From: an uncultured virus (IMG/VR IMGVR_UViG_2061766007_000877)
Lineage: Duplodnaviria > Heunggongvirae > Uroviricota > Caudoviricetes
DNA: 64,000 nt
Virus record (IMG/VR): IMGVR_UViG_2061766007_000877
Direction: 5' to 3' (one strand)
The notes beneath the pieces are model-generated. The model saw only the letters and a list, made by a program, of their open reading frames with translations, did no database searches and had not been told where the DNA came from. The position numbers and the translations under genes are program-made. Each line of letters begins with the position of its first letter. Position 1 is the first letter of the stretch. Shown here piece after piece: positions 36,451 to 47,422 of the stretch.

Positions 36451-36902
36451 TGCTGTGTAATTATATGAAGGAGTTGCAAATGAGCAATCATCCAATCAGC
36501 CATGATAAAACGATCTATGATCTTTTTAACATGATTAACCCCAACTGCTATCAAGCATTCATTATTCAATACATCATTGAAAATCGAAAACAAGAGGCAC
36601 TTCAGTGTTGCGACGAATTATCTGTTGCTTTTGATTATTACAAATGGGAGCCAAAAGGAAAGCAATCTAGTTATATAGACAGTCTTATTTGTGAATCCAA
36701 TCTTGATAAATGGAAGAAGATAGCAATTATTCATATTATTGCGAATGATGTAAAATCATGTAAACGTGTTATAGAAAGTGAAATAGAATCAGAAAAAGAA
36801 AAGACTGAAAAGCGCATTGAATCAGCGAAACAATTTAGAGATGAGCCACGAAGTGCATTAAATGATTTATACAGCTTGTTTGGTTTCAGCTCATTCATAT
36901 AA
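36450..36902 (+). CDS. Hypothetical protein
   Basis: 150-aa ORF. Alternative start 36480 after AAGGAG. Confidence 0.6.
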   Translation: MLCNYMKELQMSNHPISHDKTIYDLFNMINPNCYQAFIIQYIIENRKQEALQCCDELSVAFDYYKWEPKGKQSSYIDSLICESNLDKWKKIAIIHIIANDVKSCKRVIESEIESEKEKTEKRIESAKQFRDEPRSALNDLYSLFGFSSFI

Positions 36903-36919
36903 TTAGTCTGGAGAATAGT

Positions 36920-37487
36920 ATGGCAGGAAAACTAATTTTCAATTACGGAACCGTCTCATCATCAAANNNNNNNNNNNNNNNNNNNNNNTAATTACTCTAC
37001 ATGTGGATGGAACGTTTGTACTATTAAACCAGCGTTAGATACACGAAGTGAACTAATTGAAACAAGAGCACATGTTCCTCCACGAAAAGCTGACATCGTT
37101 ATAGCACAGTCAGATAGTGTGTTTGATTATCAAGAAATTATAAATGATGCTGATGTAATTCTTATTGATGAGTGTCAGTTTCTATCACCGGTTCATATTG
37201 ATGAACTTCGTAGTATTGCAACCGGCAGAGATATCGACATATTATGTTTTGGTCTTCGTACTGATTTCAATGCTCGTCTGTTTCCTGCTTCAAAAAGATT
37301 ATTTGAATTGGCAGATGAGTTGAATGAAATTAAAACTATTTGCAGTGTATGTGGTAAACATGCAAGCTTCAATGCAAAAGTTCATGTAGACGAAAGCATG
37401 GGCTCCGACAACGGTGATAACAATGTAATTCCAGGTTGGGATAACTTTGAGCAGCGTTGTTGGAAACACTACAATTATAGGGAGTAA
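36920..37487 (+). CDS. tdk: Thymidine kinase (TK1 type)
   Basis: MAGKLIFNYGTVSSSK, KPALDTR, ILIDECQFL, FGLRTDF...FPASKRLFELAD, KTICSVCG and a final C..H. Joined across the gap. Confidence 0.93.
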
Positions 37488-37491
37488 CGCC

Positions 37492-37722
37492 ATGCATCTT
37501 GTACTTAACCCCTTCTTTTATTATATAGCACATCAAGAAAATATAGAAAACTTTATTATTATAGAATCACATGGTGAGCATCCTCATCTTATGCAATATA
37601 ACAAACTAAAGCCAATTGTTGAAAGATTTGTAAGTCGTTATAATGAAAGCATAGATGATAATAGAAAGGAAAAGTACATCTTGTATATATGCGATAAGCT
37701 CTCGCGTGAAAGCGGAACTTAA
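37492..37722 (+). CDS. Hypothetical protein
   Basis: ATG after GGGAG. Confidence 0.5.
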   Translation: MHLVLNPFFYYIAHQENIENFIIIESHGEHPHLMQYNKLKPIVERFVSRYNESIDDNRKEKYILYICDKLSRESGT

Positions 37723-37724
37723 TA

Positions 37725-37907
37725 ATGTTTACTAAACATAAAGTATACTATACCATAGAATTAAAAATGGATGACGATTCGTATATGTTCATTTGCTCTT
37801 ATTCTTCATTTAATGAAGCACGGGCAAGGGTTGAAGATCTTAAATTACAAACAGGTCTTGAATATCGTATTCTAAAAATAGAGAAGGATGTTGAAGAAGT
37901 ATCATAG
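37725..37907 (+). CDS. Hypothetical protein
   Basis: 60-aa ORF in an operon-like arrangement. Confidence 0.5.
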   Translation: MFTKHKVYYTIELKMDDDSYMFICSYSSFNEARARVEDLKLQTGLEYRILKIEKDVEEVS

Positions 37908-37918
37908 GAGACAGCTAC

Positions 37919-38836
37919 ATGAAATTAAACGGCGCTACATTAGAGACAATGCTTGTTGGCGATATTACTTATGAAGACAGCGGTGAGTTTGTTAGAGCAT
38001 TAAAAGTTGCCAATAATATTCTTGCTGATGTTTACATTAACGGTCATCGCGTTGCAACAAGTAAAGTAAATTTTTCTGAAGAAAATGGATGGCTTAATGC
38101 AAGTCTTAATTTTAGATTCTCATTAGATGAACCTGTTTTAACAGACAGTGTTATGATTCGTGCCTACAATGCAGGCAACAAAGATATTCCTATTATGTCT
38201 ACAATGACAATGGTGAAAGAATACATTGAACCTGGTGATCAGAATGCAGAATTACGATTTAATGTAATGAGTGCAACACCATTTAATTCAAGAAAGCGTC
38301 CACACATTGAATCTAAAATTAGATGGATGCGTTCAGAATTATTGCATGAAGAAAAACTTGAGTATCTTCCAACTGATGATTCTGTTGAACCTACACCAGA
38401 ACCTGAAAGAGTTGATGCTACATTGATTGATGCCACAAACTTTGACTCATTACGACATGCAGTGCCTCTATCAGAGTATTATGAGAATTATCCTAACTTT
38501 GGTGAAATAGAATCTACATGGGATAATCCTGAGTGGGTCGACCATTCGCATTGGCCATGGTTATGTATAACAAAAGACTTTGATAAACCATACAGAGTTG
38601 TTGTTAAATTCAAAGCAACCGGTTCAGACGAGTTTGAAGTTAAATACAATTCAGACACTGATTTCCCAGATGGCGTACCTGTAACTGCTGGTACACAGTC
38701 AGGAGAACCTGCAGATAGAAAATATTTCTTAATAAGTGTTCCTGATGATATGCACATGAACGGGTACGATGCTTCAGGTACAGTGTATGTGCCTAACGAC
38801 GGTGAATTTGAAGTATGGTTTACACCTGCTGAATAG
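37919..38836 (+). CDS. Two-domain hypothetical protein with EPTPEP linker
   Basis: 305-aa ORF with AGGAG RBS. Confidence 0.65.
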   Translation: MKLNGATLETMLVGDITYEDSGEFVRALKVANNILADVYINGHRVATSKVNFSEENGWLNASLNFRFSLDEPVLTDSVMIRAYNAGNKDIPIMSTMTMVKEYIEPGDQNAELRFNVMSATPFNSRKRPHIESKIRWMRSELLHEEKLEYLPTDDSVEPTPEPERVDATLIDATNFDSLRHAVPLSEYYENYPNFGEIESTWDNPEWVDHSHWPWLCITKDFDKPYRVVVKFKATGSDEFEVKYNSDTDFPDGVPVTAGTQSGEPADRKYFLISVPDDMHMNGYDASGTVYVPNDGEFEVWFTPAE

Positions 38837-38868
38837 ATTTTATTAGCTTACATATAGCATAAACTTAC

Positions 38869-38894
38869 AAAAGAGCCTGAAATATGGCTCTTTT
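38869..38894 (+). terminator. Rho-independent terminator
   Basis: AAAAGAGCC-TGAAATAT-GGCTCTTTT followed by a T-run. Confidence 0.75.
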
Positions 38895-38969
38895 TTGTTT
38901 ACGTAGTTAACTGCAGAAAGAATCCAAGATATATCTACAATAGTACTACTTTGCTGATGGGATAAGATC

Positions 38970-39275
38970 ATGCCTAAAAAATCAAAAGAAACTAAAATTG
39001 AACCTAGCGTATTTAGAGTTATGGAAGAACGAGTTCCTTTTAAGTTCACTACAACGGATTTCAAATCAAAAGATGAAGCATTAAATTATGTACATGAACT
39101 GACTAGCTCTACAACTGCATGGTATGGTGTATATGAATTAAATCCTAAGGTTGATTATCTCATTTCAGTTGAGAATAAACGGCTAATTCCTCATGATGAT
39201 AGAATCATTGTAAAACCAAAGGAAGATGACACAAAAGTAAAACGTAGATCACCTCGTAAAGTAAAACAAAAGTAA
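38970..39275 (+). CDS. Hypothetical protein with basic termini
   Basis: 101-aa ORF. Confidence 0.6.
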   Translation: MPKKSKETKIEPSVFRVMEERVPFKFTTTDFKSKDEALNYVHELTSSTTAWYGVYELNPKVDYLISVENKRLIPHDDRIIVKPKEDDTKVKRRSPRKVKQK

Positions 39276-39309
39276 CGTAGATTATTTATTTGTATTGGAG
39301 TTATTTATC

Positions 39310-41432
39310 ATGCCTATTCAGATTGTCAAAAAAGACAAGTCATTACAAAATTTCAATCCAAAGAAAATTGTAGAAGCTATTCGCAAATCTGCTGATCGTG
39401 CTTGTGTGAAACTAACACAGAAGCAAGAAAAGGCAGTTGTGGATTATGTTTGCAAATTCTTAATTGAGCATGGGCAAGAGGAGATAGAGGTAGCAAAACT
39501 ACATAACATTGTTGAAAATGCACTTGATGAAGTTGATCCTAAGGTAGCAAAATGCTACAGAGATNNNNNNNNNNNNNNNNNNNNNNNNNTAGATAAAGTA
39601 TATCAAAAGAAACTTTCGCTATCATTTATAGCAGATCGTTCAAATGCAAATGCAGATTCAGCATTGGTCACAACACAGAAGGCCATTGTATATAATGAAC
39701 TTAATACAGAATTTTATAAAAAGTTCTTCCTTAATGAAGCGGAAAGAAAAGCATCAGATGAAGGATTCATTTATATCCATGATAAGAATGCACGATTAGA
39801 CACTATTAACTGTTGCATTTACAATATGGGAGGTTTAATGAAAGGCGGATTCAAGATGGGTAATCTTGAATATGGTGAACCTAAAACATTAGACGTTGCA
39901 TTTGACTTAATGTGCGATGTGGCAATGAACGCTGCAAGTGCACAGTATGGTGGATTCACAATTCCTGAGGTAGATAAATTATTAGGGTACTACGCAGAAA
40001 AATCGTACAATAGATATATTGATGAATATCGTCATATATGCAATGATCTTAATGCAGAATGCAATGAAACAAAGGCCGATGAATATGCCTATAGCAAAGT
40101 AAAAAGGGATGTAGAACAAGGTGTTCAGGGTATGGAGATGAAGTTCAATTCAGTTGCTTCATCAAGAGGTGATTATCCATTCACAGCTGTTACGTTTGGT
40201 TTAGGTACAAAAAGATTAGAAACTTTAATCAGTTCTACATTTTTGAAAGTAAGAAAAGAAGGTCAAGGTAAAGAAGGATTCAAACGTCCTGTACTATTTC
40301 CAAAGCTATCATTCTTTTATGACGAAGAACTTCATGGCGAAGGAAAAGAATTAGAATGGTTGTTTGAAGAAGCCATTGATTGTTCAAGCAAAACAATGTA
40401 CCCTGACTTTATATCGTTGACTGGCGATGGCTACGCACCTACAATGTATAAGAAATACAAGACACCTATCTCAAGAATGGGCTGTAGAGCAACACTTGCT
40501 GCATGGTACAGAGATGGTGGCCAGTGTCCTAAAGACGACAATGATGTTCCTATTTATACAGGTCGTTTTAATATGGGTGCTATTGCATTGAACTTCCCAA
40601 TGTATGTNNNNNNNNNNNNNNNNNNNNNNNNNNNNNNNNNNNNNTAGAGCTTGTTCGTGGATTAAGTCAGAAAACAATAGAGTTCCTCTCACACAAGAAG
40701 GCAGGAATTAATCCATTAGGCTTCTGTGAAGGTGGCTTCATTGGTGGCAATAAAGATCCTGAAGCGGAACTTGGTAGAGAGTTCTTAAAACCAATGACAA
40801 TCTCATTTGGCATGATTGCTTTGAATGAAGCATCAGTTTTAGCAACAGGTAAATCTATTGCAGAGGATGACACTTGGGCATTTGAAGTAATGCAGTACAT
40901 AAATAAGTATGTTGACAGAATCAAAAAGGAAGACGATACGTTGTATGCAATATATGGTGTTCCTGGTGAAACCGCTGTATGTACTTTAAGAGATTGCTTT
41001 GTTAAAAAGTATGGCGTAATTAAAGGTGTAAGTGATAAACCATATTTCACAAATAGTTTCCATTGTGCAGTCTATGAAGACATCACTCCAATTCATAAGC
41101 AAGATTCAGAATACAGATGCTTCCATTTAACAAACGGCGGTAACATTCAATATTGCAGGTATCCTGTTGGCTATAATAAAGATGCTATCCGTGCACTTGT
41201 AAAACGTGCAATGGAAAAAGGATATTATGAAGGTGTGAATATGGAGTTGAATTTCTGTAATGAGTGTGGTCATCAATGGGTTGATGGCGACATCTGTCCT
41301 AAATGTGGAACAGATAATATAGTTCAAATCCAGAGAATGAATGGTTACCTCGGGTATTCAAAAATTGGAAAAGATAAGAGTTATTTCCATGAAGGAAAGA
41401 TGATAGAGTTTAAAGATAGAATTTCAATGTAA
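39310..41432 (+). CDS. nrdD: Anaerobic (class III) ribonucleoside-triphosphate reductase with ATP cone
   Basis: N-terminal ATP cone IVKKD...FNPKKI. YIHD...NCC, QYGG, FPKL, MYPD, MGCR, TNSFH, Zn ribbon CNECG...CPKCG and glycyl-radical loop RMNGYL. Joined across gaps. Confidence 0.96.
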
Positions 41433-41442
41433 CAGGCTATAA

Positions 41443-41486
41443 TGTATATCTAAATAAACGGTAGGTGTTTATCCTACCGTTTATTT
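41443..41486 (+). promoter_or_regulatory. TGTATATCTA motif plus terminator hairpin
   Basis: TGTATATCT at 41443, then AAATAAACGGTAGG-TGTTTAT-CCTACCGTTTATTT at 41452-41486. Confidence 0.6.
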
Positions 41487-41510
41487 TTCTATTATAAATA
41501 TGAGGGTATC

Positions 41511-42767
41511 ATGCGTCATCGTACTATTGAAGAAAGACTTCAGAGACTAGAAAGATATGTGTATATGATGCAGCATAGAAAGTTTGAAGGCGGTGCTGCA
41601 GGACACATGAGTCATATATATGATTATACAGAACTTACTCTACGAGATGTTAAAGGTTTAATACGTAATCTTTTCTCAGGAAAAATTGAAGCCACTGAAA
41701 AACTTGATGGGATGAATATACAATGCACAATGAATAATGAAGGCAAAGTTGTGTTCATTCGTAATAAAGGTGATCTTAATTCATTAAAGGGTGGCATGGA
41801 TGCAGATGATGTTGCTGCAAAGTGGGCAGGAAAAGAATCAATCTCAAAAGTATATATATCAGCCTATGAAACAATAGAGAAAGTTTTCAAAAAGATTGGA
41901 AAGAAATTCTTTAATCCTGATAGTAACACAAAGATTCTTGCAAATTGTGAATGTATCACTGCAGGCAGAACAAACATATTGCTATATGCAAACGCACAAG
42001 TTGATTTTCATAACCTATGGGTATATAAAAGAAATGATGAAAATAGTCAGTGGGAAAAAGATGATGTAACTACTGATGGGATCGAGGTTCTTGAAAAAGC
42101 GTGTGAAGATATTGATGGTGCACAGCTTACACCAAAGGTTATGATTAGGGTTACTGAAAAATCAGGTGCTTTGCTTGTTGATTACATAAAAAGAATTGAT
42201 GCAATTTTCAAAGAGGCAGGTTGTTCTGAACGAAGTACTATTGAAGATTACAAACGCGCAAGATTTGATAGTATTTGTAAAAGCAAGTACAAATGGATAA
42301 CTACAAACGAAGAAGGCATGGATGCACTTTACAACAGATGGTTCAATGATGATAAGTCAGTAAAACTAACTGTAATTAGAAAAATGTATGCAGACTATGC
42401 AGATGAACTTGCTAATGTAGATTATAAGAAAATTGTTGCTGAATGCATGAGACCACTTGATACATTCTTCAGTAGATTTGGCAATGCAATTATTTCATTA
42501 TGTGATGGTATTGTAAATGCCGGCGCTGAATCAGAGGTAATTGATGCTTTAAGCAATGATCTTGAAGAAGTTATAAATGAAGTTAGAGAAAAAGGCAGCG
42601 TTGAATTAAATGATAAGCTAACAACACAGCTTAATAGATTAGCTGAATTGGGAAATCAATTAAATGCAACAGAAGGTATCGTATTTAAGTATGATGGCAA
42701 ATTGATGAAGGCCACGGGATCTTTCGCCGCACTAAACCAGGCCCTTGGGTTAAAGTGGAGTATATAA
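41511..42767 (+). CDS. Leader-bearing RNA-ligase-like covalent nucleotidyltransferase
   Basis: Leader IEERLQRLE...RKFE|GGAAGHMSH. Motif I TEKLDG, RNKG, motif IV EGIVFK, motif V KLMK. Confidence 0.7.
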   Translation: MRHRTIEERLQRLERYVYMMQHRKFEGGAAGHMSHIYDYTELTLRDVKGLIRNLFSGKIEATEKLDGMNIQCTMNNEGKVVFIRNKGDLNSLKGGMDADDVAAKWAGKESISKVYISAYETIEKVFKKIGKKFFNPDSNTKILANCECITAGRTNILLYANAQVDFHNLWVYKRNDENSQWEKDDVTTDGIEVLEKACEDIDGAQLTPKVMIRVTEKSGALLVDYIKRIDAIFKEAGCSERSTIEDYKRARFDSICKSKYKWITTNEEGMDALYNRWFNDDKSVKLTVIRKMYADYADELANVDYKKIVAECMRPLDTFFSRFGNAIISLCDGIVNAGAESEVIDALSNDLEEVINEVREKGSVELNDKLTTQLNRLAELGNQLNATEGIVFKYDGKLMKATGSFAALNQALGLKWSI

Positions 42768-42768
42768 T

Positions 42769-44276
42769 ATGAACTATTACGAATCATTAGAACATCGTAT
42801 TTCTGATTTAGAAAGATTCTTTGAAGGTAAGAAAGATCTTGATGATTTGAGAAGTCATTTAGGAGATGACCTTTTTGATGCTTACATGCAGATTCGTAAT
42901 AAAATTCCTTCAGGAAGTGATCTTAATAAGCAGTATCCTAATTTTACAGTTGAAGATATTCTTGAAGATGAAAGACTATTTATTAAAAAGTACGTTAATC
43001 TTCGAAATAGCAATATTGTAACTGGTATAGGTGCTAGACTATTTGGCAAATATCCAAAAGAGGTATCGCAAGATTCAGTACACAACAATCCTACACAGTG
43101 GATGTACGATTATGACGATATGAAAAATTACGTTGTAAATACATTCAGCAATTTCAGAGAATTTGAAAAATTAAAGAAAGCTGATGTANNNNNNNNNNNN
43201 NNNNNNNNNNNNNNNNNNNNNNNNNNNNNNNNNNNNNNNNNNAGTCTAAACTAGAAGGTGCTGAAACCATTTATGACAAAGATGGTTGGAAGGTTATAAG
43301 AATCACTACATATAAGGCGGCAAGATTCTATGGCTCAGGTACAAAATGGTGTATCACTGGAAGATACGATGGTCAAGAAAATAGAGGCGCAAAATATTTC
43401 CGTGACTATATAAAAGATGAGAANNNNNNNNNNNNNNNNNNNNNNNNNNNNCTATATTAAAGGTAATAAGAAATGGTGTCTATTACAAAAAGTAGGTGGA
43501 AAGATTCATTCTATATGGAATGAAGAAGACGTTCCAGTGCTTGATAGAATTCTATATGATGCACCTGATTGGCCTCTTGATGTACCTAGAGTAAATTCAA
43601 AAGACATTATTGACATTCAAATGATTTCCGCTTTATATAGTAGCAATAAAGAACTTATACAGATGGCAATAGACAAAGATGCTGATCTAAATATGCCGCA
43701 AGGCGCATTTGAATCACCTATTCAAATGTACACAGCAGAGAATGAACCTGAACTCGTAAAGATGTTACTTGACGCTGGCGCAGATCCTGATTTAGGTGCA
43801 CCATTACAAAATCATTTTGGGTATAGTACAAACATTGAAATAGTAAAGGCTCTTTTAGATCATGGTGCAGATCCTAATATGTATGACACATACGGTGACT
43901 CTCCATTAGGGCCTGCTATTGCAGAAGGAAGTTACGAATTTGTTAAGCTGCTAATTGATGCAGGCGCTGATGTGAATCAGGATATAAATTGCAAGAGTGG
44001 TTCTTATTGTTATGAAATGCCACCTACTGCTCAAGCTATACGATGTAATGAATTAGACATACTGAAATTATTGCTTGATAATGGTGCATCTATACCTGAT
44101 ACATATAATGGAAAAGGAATTCTTAGTCTATGTCAGTCGCGTGAGATGAGAGACTTCATCAATTCATATTTTGACATGGCAGGNNNNNNNNNNNNNNNNN
44201 NNNNNNNNNNNNNNNNNNNNNNNNNNACACATTAGAATCTAGAATTAGAAAATTAGAGCAGTTACTTTATAAATAG
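42769..44276 (+). CDS. Leader + WC-domain + ankyrin repeat protein (paralogue A)
   Basis: LEHRISDLERFFE|GKKD. WKVIRITTYKAARFYGSGTKWCITG read at about 43286-43362. Ankyrin repeats (LLDAGADPD, LLDHGADPN, LIDAGADVN). Joined across gaps; end uncertain. Confidence 0.75.
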
Positions 44277-44286
44277 GCGGTGTATT

Positions 44287-44832
44287 ATGAGAGATTTAGA
44301 AAGAAGGATTGCACAGCTTGAATCACTTGTTGCACGGTATCGTGGACACAAGACTCTAAATGAAGAAGAGCAAGAGCGTACTGATGTAATTAGAAAGGTT
44401 GGTAATTCATGGNNNNNNNNNNNNNNNNNNNNNNNNNNNNNNNNNNNNNNNNNNNNNNNNNNNNNCTTAAAGCGTATTGGGCAAACAAGCATGAGTGCAT
44501 GAAGCATAGGCATTGTAAATTAAAACTTGAAGGCTTCAGCAACGACGATGGCAAAGAATTGCTTCGTAACGTACAGCATTTCCTAATTAAAATATTTGGC
44601 CATACCTTGTATTTTGACCATTATACTGATAAGTCAGTTGATTTGTATTACAGAGGTGATCTTGTAGCAGAGCTTTTCTTTAAAGAGGCAACAAGAAATC
44701 AAAGAGAAGAAATTGTAATAATGCCTNNNNNNNNNNNNNNNNNNNNNNNNNNNNNNNNNNNTATCAAAAGAAGTGTCTGAATATGAATTGCAAGATTATT
44801 TGTCAGACTTAATTCTTGGTGATGTTGATTAG
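44287..44832 (+). CDS. Leader-bearing multi-segment protein
   Basis: MRDLERRIAQLE...TLNE|, VIRKVGNSW...LKAYWANKHE. Read across gaps to TAG at 44830-44832. Confidence 0.6.
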
Positions 44833-44842
44833 GAGTTTGCAA

Positions 44843-45988
44843 ATGAAATCATATTTAGAATCATTAGAAAGACGTGTAAGAATTCTTGAAGCATTATATA
44901 TTGAGGCGAAAAGAGATCAAGAAATTCTACATGACTTTCTTGGAGACGATTATTTCAACAAATATAATCTAATAAAGAACAAAATCAACGATCCTGAATA
45001 CAAAGACATTTATAGAATGATTAAAAAGGATCCAGATGAGGTAAAGAATTTTATTGATAGTGTTCAGTCAGAGCGTGATGTTCGTAATGCTAGAAAGTCA
45101 GAAGGTTCAAAGCTAATCTACTCTGATAATCTATGGAAAGTGTATCGCATTACAACTTATAGAGCTGCACGGATATATGGTGCTGGTACTAGATGGTGCA
45201 TTACTGGAAGGTATGGCGGACACGAAGAACGCGGTGAAGAATATNNNNNNNNNNNNNNNNNNNNNNNNNNNNNNNNNNNNNNNNNNNNNNNNNNNNNNNN
45301 NNNNNNNNNAAAGTTCTGTTTATTAAAGAAGCAGAACGGTGGCATAGATTCTATATGGGATGCACCGGACAATAAAATTGAACCTGAAGACATTCTTATT
45401 GAAGAACCAGAGTTCCCAACAGTGCCAGATGTGTTTACACCATCTAGCAATACAGCTACCATGTTTTCAAAAAAGAAGACAAACATTTCAACTGCATTTG
45501 AAGCAGGTCAAGATCCTAACGAAAGATGTGATGATAAGACGAAGGAATACTACGGATATACACCGTTAGAGTGGCACATGCACAATGCAAATTGGGATGC
45601 TGTAGATCTTGTAATAAGAGTTGGTGCAGAACCTACAAAGAATGTAGAATGGCAGAACTTTTATAAATGGAACATACCAAATTACTTACCTATTAGCTTT
45701 ATTACAAAGTATATAGACAAAACTGAAATGCTTGAATATGCAATGAAATATTCATCCACACCTGCAGTTCAGAACGCACTTAAATTAGGAGCGGACCCAA
45801 ATCGTAAATTCTCTGATGGATTAACTCCATTGCAATACGAAGTAAGCAGAGGATTTGAAGACGCAAGAATTGGCGTTGTTAAAGCATTATTAAAAGCAGG
45901 CGCTGTAGTCGATGATGCTTCTGTTGATAATGCTATGCAGTATTGTAAACCAGGGCTTGCAAAACTATTAAAAGAAACGTTAATGTAA
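44843..45988 (+). CDS. Leader + WC-domain + ankyrin repeat protein (paralogue B)
   Basis: MKSYLESLERRVRILEALYIE|AKRDQ. WKVYRITTYRAARIYGAGTRWCITG. Ankyrin-like GYTPL, LGADPN...GLTPL, LLKAGA. Confidence 0.8.
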   Translation: MKSYLESLERRVRILEALYIEAKRDQEILHDFLGDDYFNKYNLIKNKINDPEYKDIYRMIKKDPDEVKNFIDSVQSERDVRNARKSEGSKLIYSDNLWKVYRITTYRAARIYGAGTRWCITGRYGGHEERGEEYXXXXXXXXXXXXXXXXXXXXXXKFCLLKKQNGGIDSIWDAPDNKIEPEDILIEEPEFPTVPDVFTPSSNTATMFSKKKTNISTAFEAGQDPNERCDDKTKEYYGYTPLEWHMHNANWDAVDLVIRVGAEPTKNVEWQNFYKWNIPNYLPISFITKYIDKTEMLEYAMKYSSTPAVQNALKLGADPNRKFSDGLTPLQYEVSRGFEDARIGVVKALLKAGAVVDDASVDNAMQYCKPGLAKLLKETLM

Positions 45989-46060
45989 TATCTATAATCT
46001 GTGTATATTATTTTAATTATAAATGAACTGTATTCACTACATCAACTTATAGAGAAATAA

Positions 46061-46507
46061 ATGAGAAGACTAACATTAGAAGAAAGAATTACCAGTCTTG
46101 AAAAACTAATTACAGCAAATAAGTCAGTAAAGAATGAAGCTGCTTTTGCTGATGTATTAGAACTGGATGATGACGAATACAGCGAATTAGCCGCCATGCT
46201 AAGCTCTATGGTCCCTGCAAAAATGCGTAAAGCATTACGTATGGGTGCTGATCCTGATATGTCATCTGTGAAACACAATCATGGCAACGGTTGCACCGCA
46301 CTTCGTTCAGCAGCTATCATGGGTGAGTATGAACCTGCTAGAATTTTAATTGAAGCAGGTGCTGATGTAAATGCAAAAGATACAGTTGGCAAAACACCTC
46401 TTGATTATGCTACTGCGAAAGGGTATGATGATCTTGTTGAGCTGTTACTCGCAAACGGTGCAAAGTCTGGCCGTGAGGTTCGTAGACGTCCTCGCCCTCG
46501 TCGTTAA
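46061..46507 (+). CDS. Leader + ankyrin repeat protein with Arg-rich tail
   Basis: LEERITSLEKLITANKSVKNE|A. GCTALRSAA, LIEAGADVNAKDTVGKTPLDYA...LLLANGA. Ends RRRPRPRR. Confidence 0.85.
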   Translation: MRRLTLEERITSLEKLITANKSVKNEAAFADVLELDDDEYSELAAMLSSMVPAKMRKALRMGADPDMSSVKHNHGNGCTALRSAAIMGEYEPARILIEAGADVNAKDTVGKTPLDYATAKGYDDLVELLLANGAKSGREVRRRPRPRR

Positions 46508-46526
46508 TATTACATAAAATAAAGTT

Positions 46527-46556
46527 AGGCCGTGTAGTGATTACATTACACGGCTT
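46527..46556 (+). terminator. Hairpin terminator
   Basis: AGGCCGTGTAGTG-ATTA-CATTACACGGCTT followed by TT. Confidence 0.7.
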
Positions 46557-46667
46557 TTCTGTATCATAGTTTTGCTTAGATCTTCCTTGTTAAACTGTTT
46601 ACAGCATCTGTGTATAATTTACAATGGTTATTAAAGTATTGCTGTATAACGATTATAGAGGGTCTAC

Positions 46668-46955
46668 ATGAACGACACTACAATCTATTTAATTGGCCTT
46701 ACTGGAAATCTATTATTTGGATTCAAATCGCTATTTCAAGTTATAGACTGTTATAAGAGAAAGAGTTGCTCAGGAGTATCAAAATTGATGCTTGCTACAG
46801 ATCTTGGAGGCAACTTAGCGTGTGCTGCATTTATACATCTCACAACAGGATTCAGATTATGGCCGCAATTTGTTAATTACGGATTTGCAACATTTTTCTT
46901 AGTTGTATTGTTTGCAATGATGATTAAGTATAGAGGAAATAGCAATGGCAAGTAA
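46668..46955 (+). CDS. PQ-loop/SemiSWEET-like 3-TM membrane protein
   Basis: Three hydrophobic helices. FQVIDCYKRKSCSGVS matches the PQ-loop pattern xQxxxxxxxKSxxGVS. P..VNY in TM3. Confidence 0.75.
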   Translation: MNDTTIYLIGLTGNLLFGFKSLFQVIDCYKRKSCSGVSKLMLATDLGGNLACAAFIHLTTGFRLWPQFVNYGFATFFLVVLFAMMIKYRGNSNGK

Positions 46956-47404
46956 ATTAAAAAAGCTACATATACTTGCATTGAAATTAAATGATATTGG
47001 CATGCGACAAACCGCAGGTGATATAGATTATTTAATTTCATGGCTACGGTCTCCTGAATTTAATGGTGGCGCTCACAAGAAACCTGATCCTGCTGGCGAG
47101 AATACAGTTGACATAAAATCAAATAACTGCCCAATACCATATACAGTTAGTGAGCAGACTGTTATTTCATGTAAGTCAAGTTTTTATGCAAGTTTATACA
47201 TTAACGAAGCAAAAGAAATTGTAAATGATCTAAAAAGTATATACACAGATAGTGCAGAGANNNNNNNNNNNNNNNNNNNNNNNNNNNNNNNNNNNNNNAA
47301 TGGACCTTCTTGATGAAATGGAGTGGCAAGAGTGGGCCAATATATTTCCTGATTTTGGAAAAATTGATTACGATGATCTTAAATGGCCACCATGTCATTT
47401 ATAA
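46945..47404 (+). CDS. Hypothetical protein (paralogue of 47423 N-domain)
   Basis: GM.Q.AGD.DYL..W.RSPE..GGAH..P.PAG shared with 47423. Read across the gap to TAA 47402-47404. Confidence 0.65.
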
Positions 47405-47422
47405 TTTAGTTTAGGCTGTAGT

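Noticed and set aside
39310..41432. nrdD without adjacent nrdG, and RMNGYL loop
   Set aside because: The activase may lie outside the window or come from the host, and the radical Gly is retained, so this is not clearly unusual.
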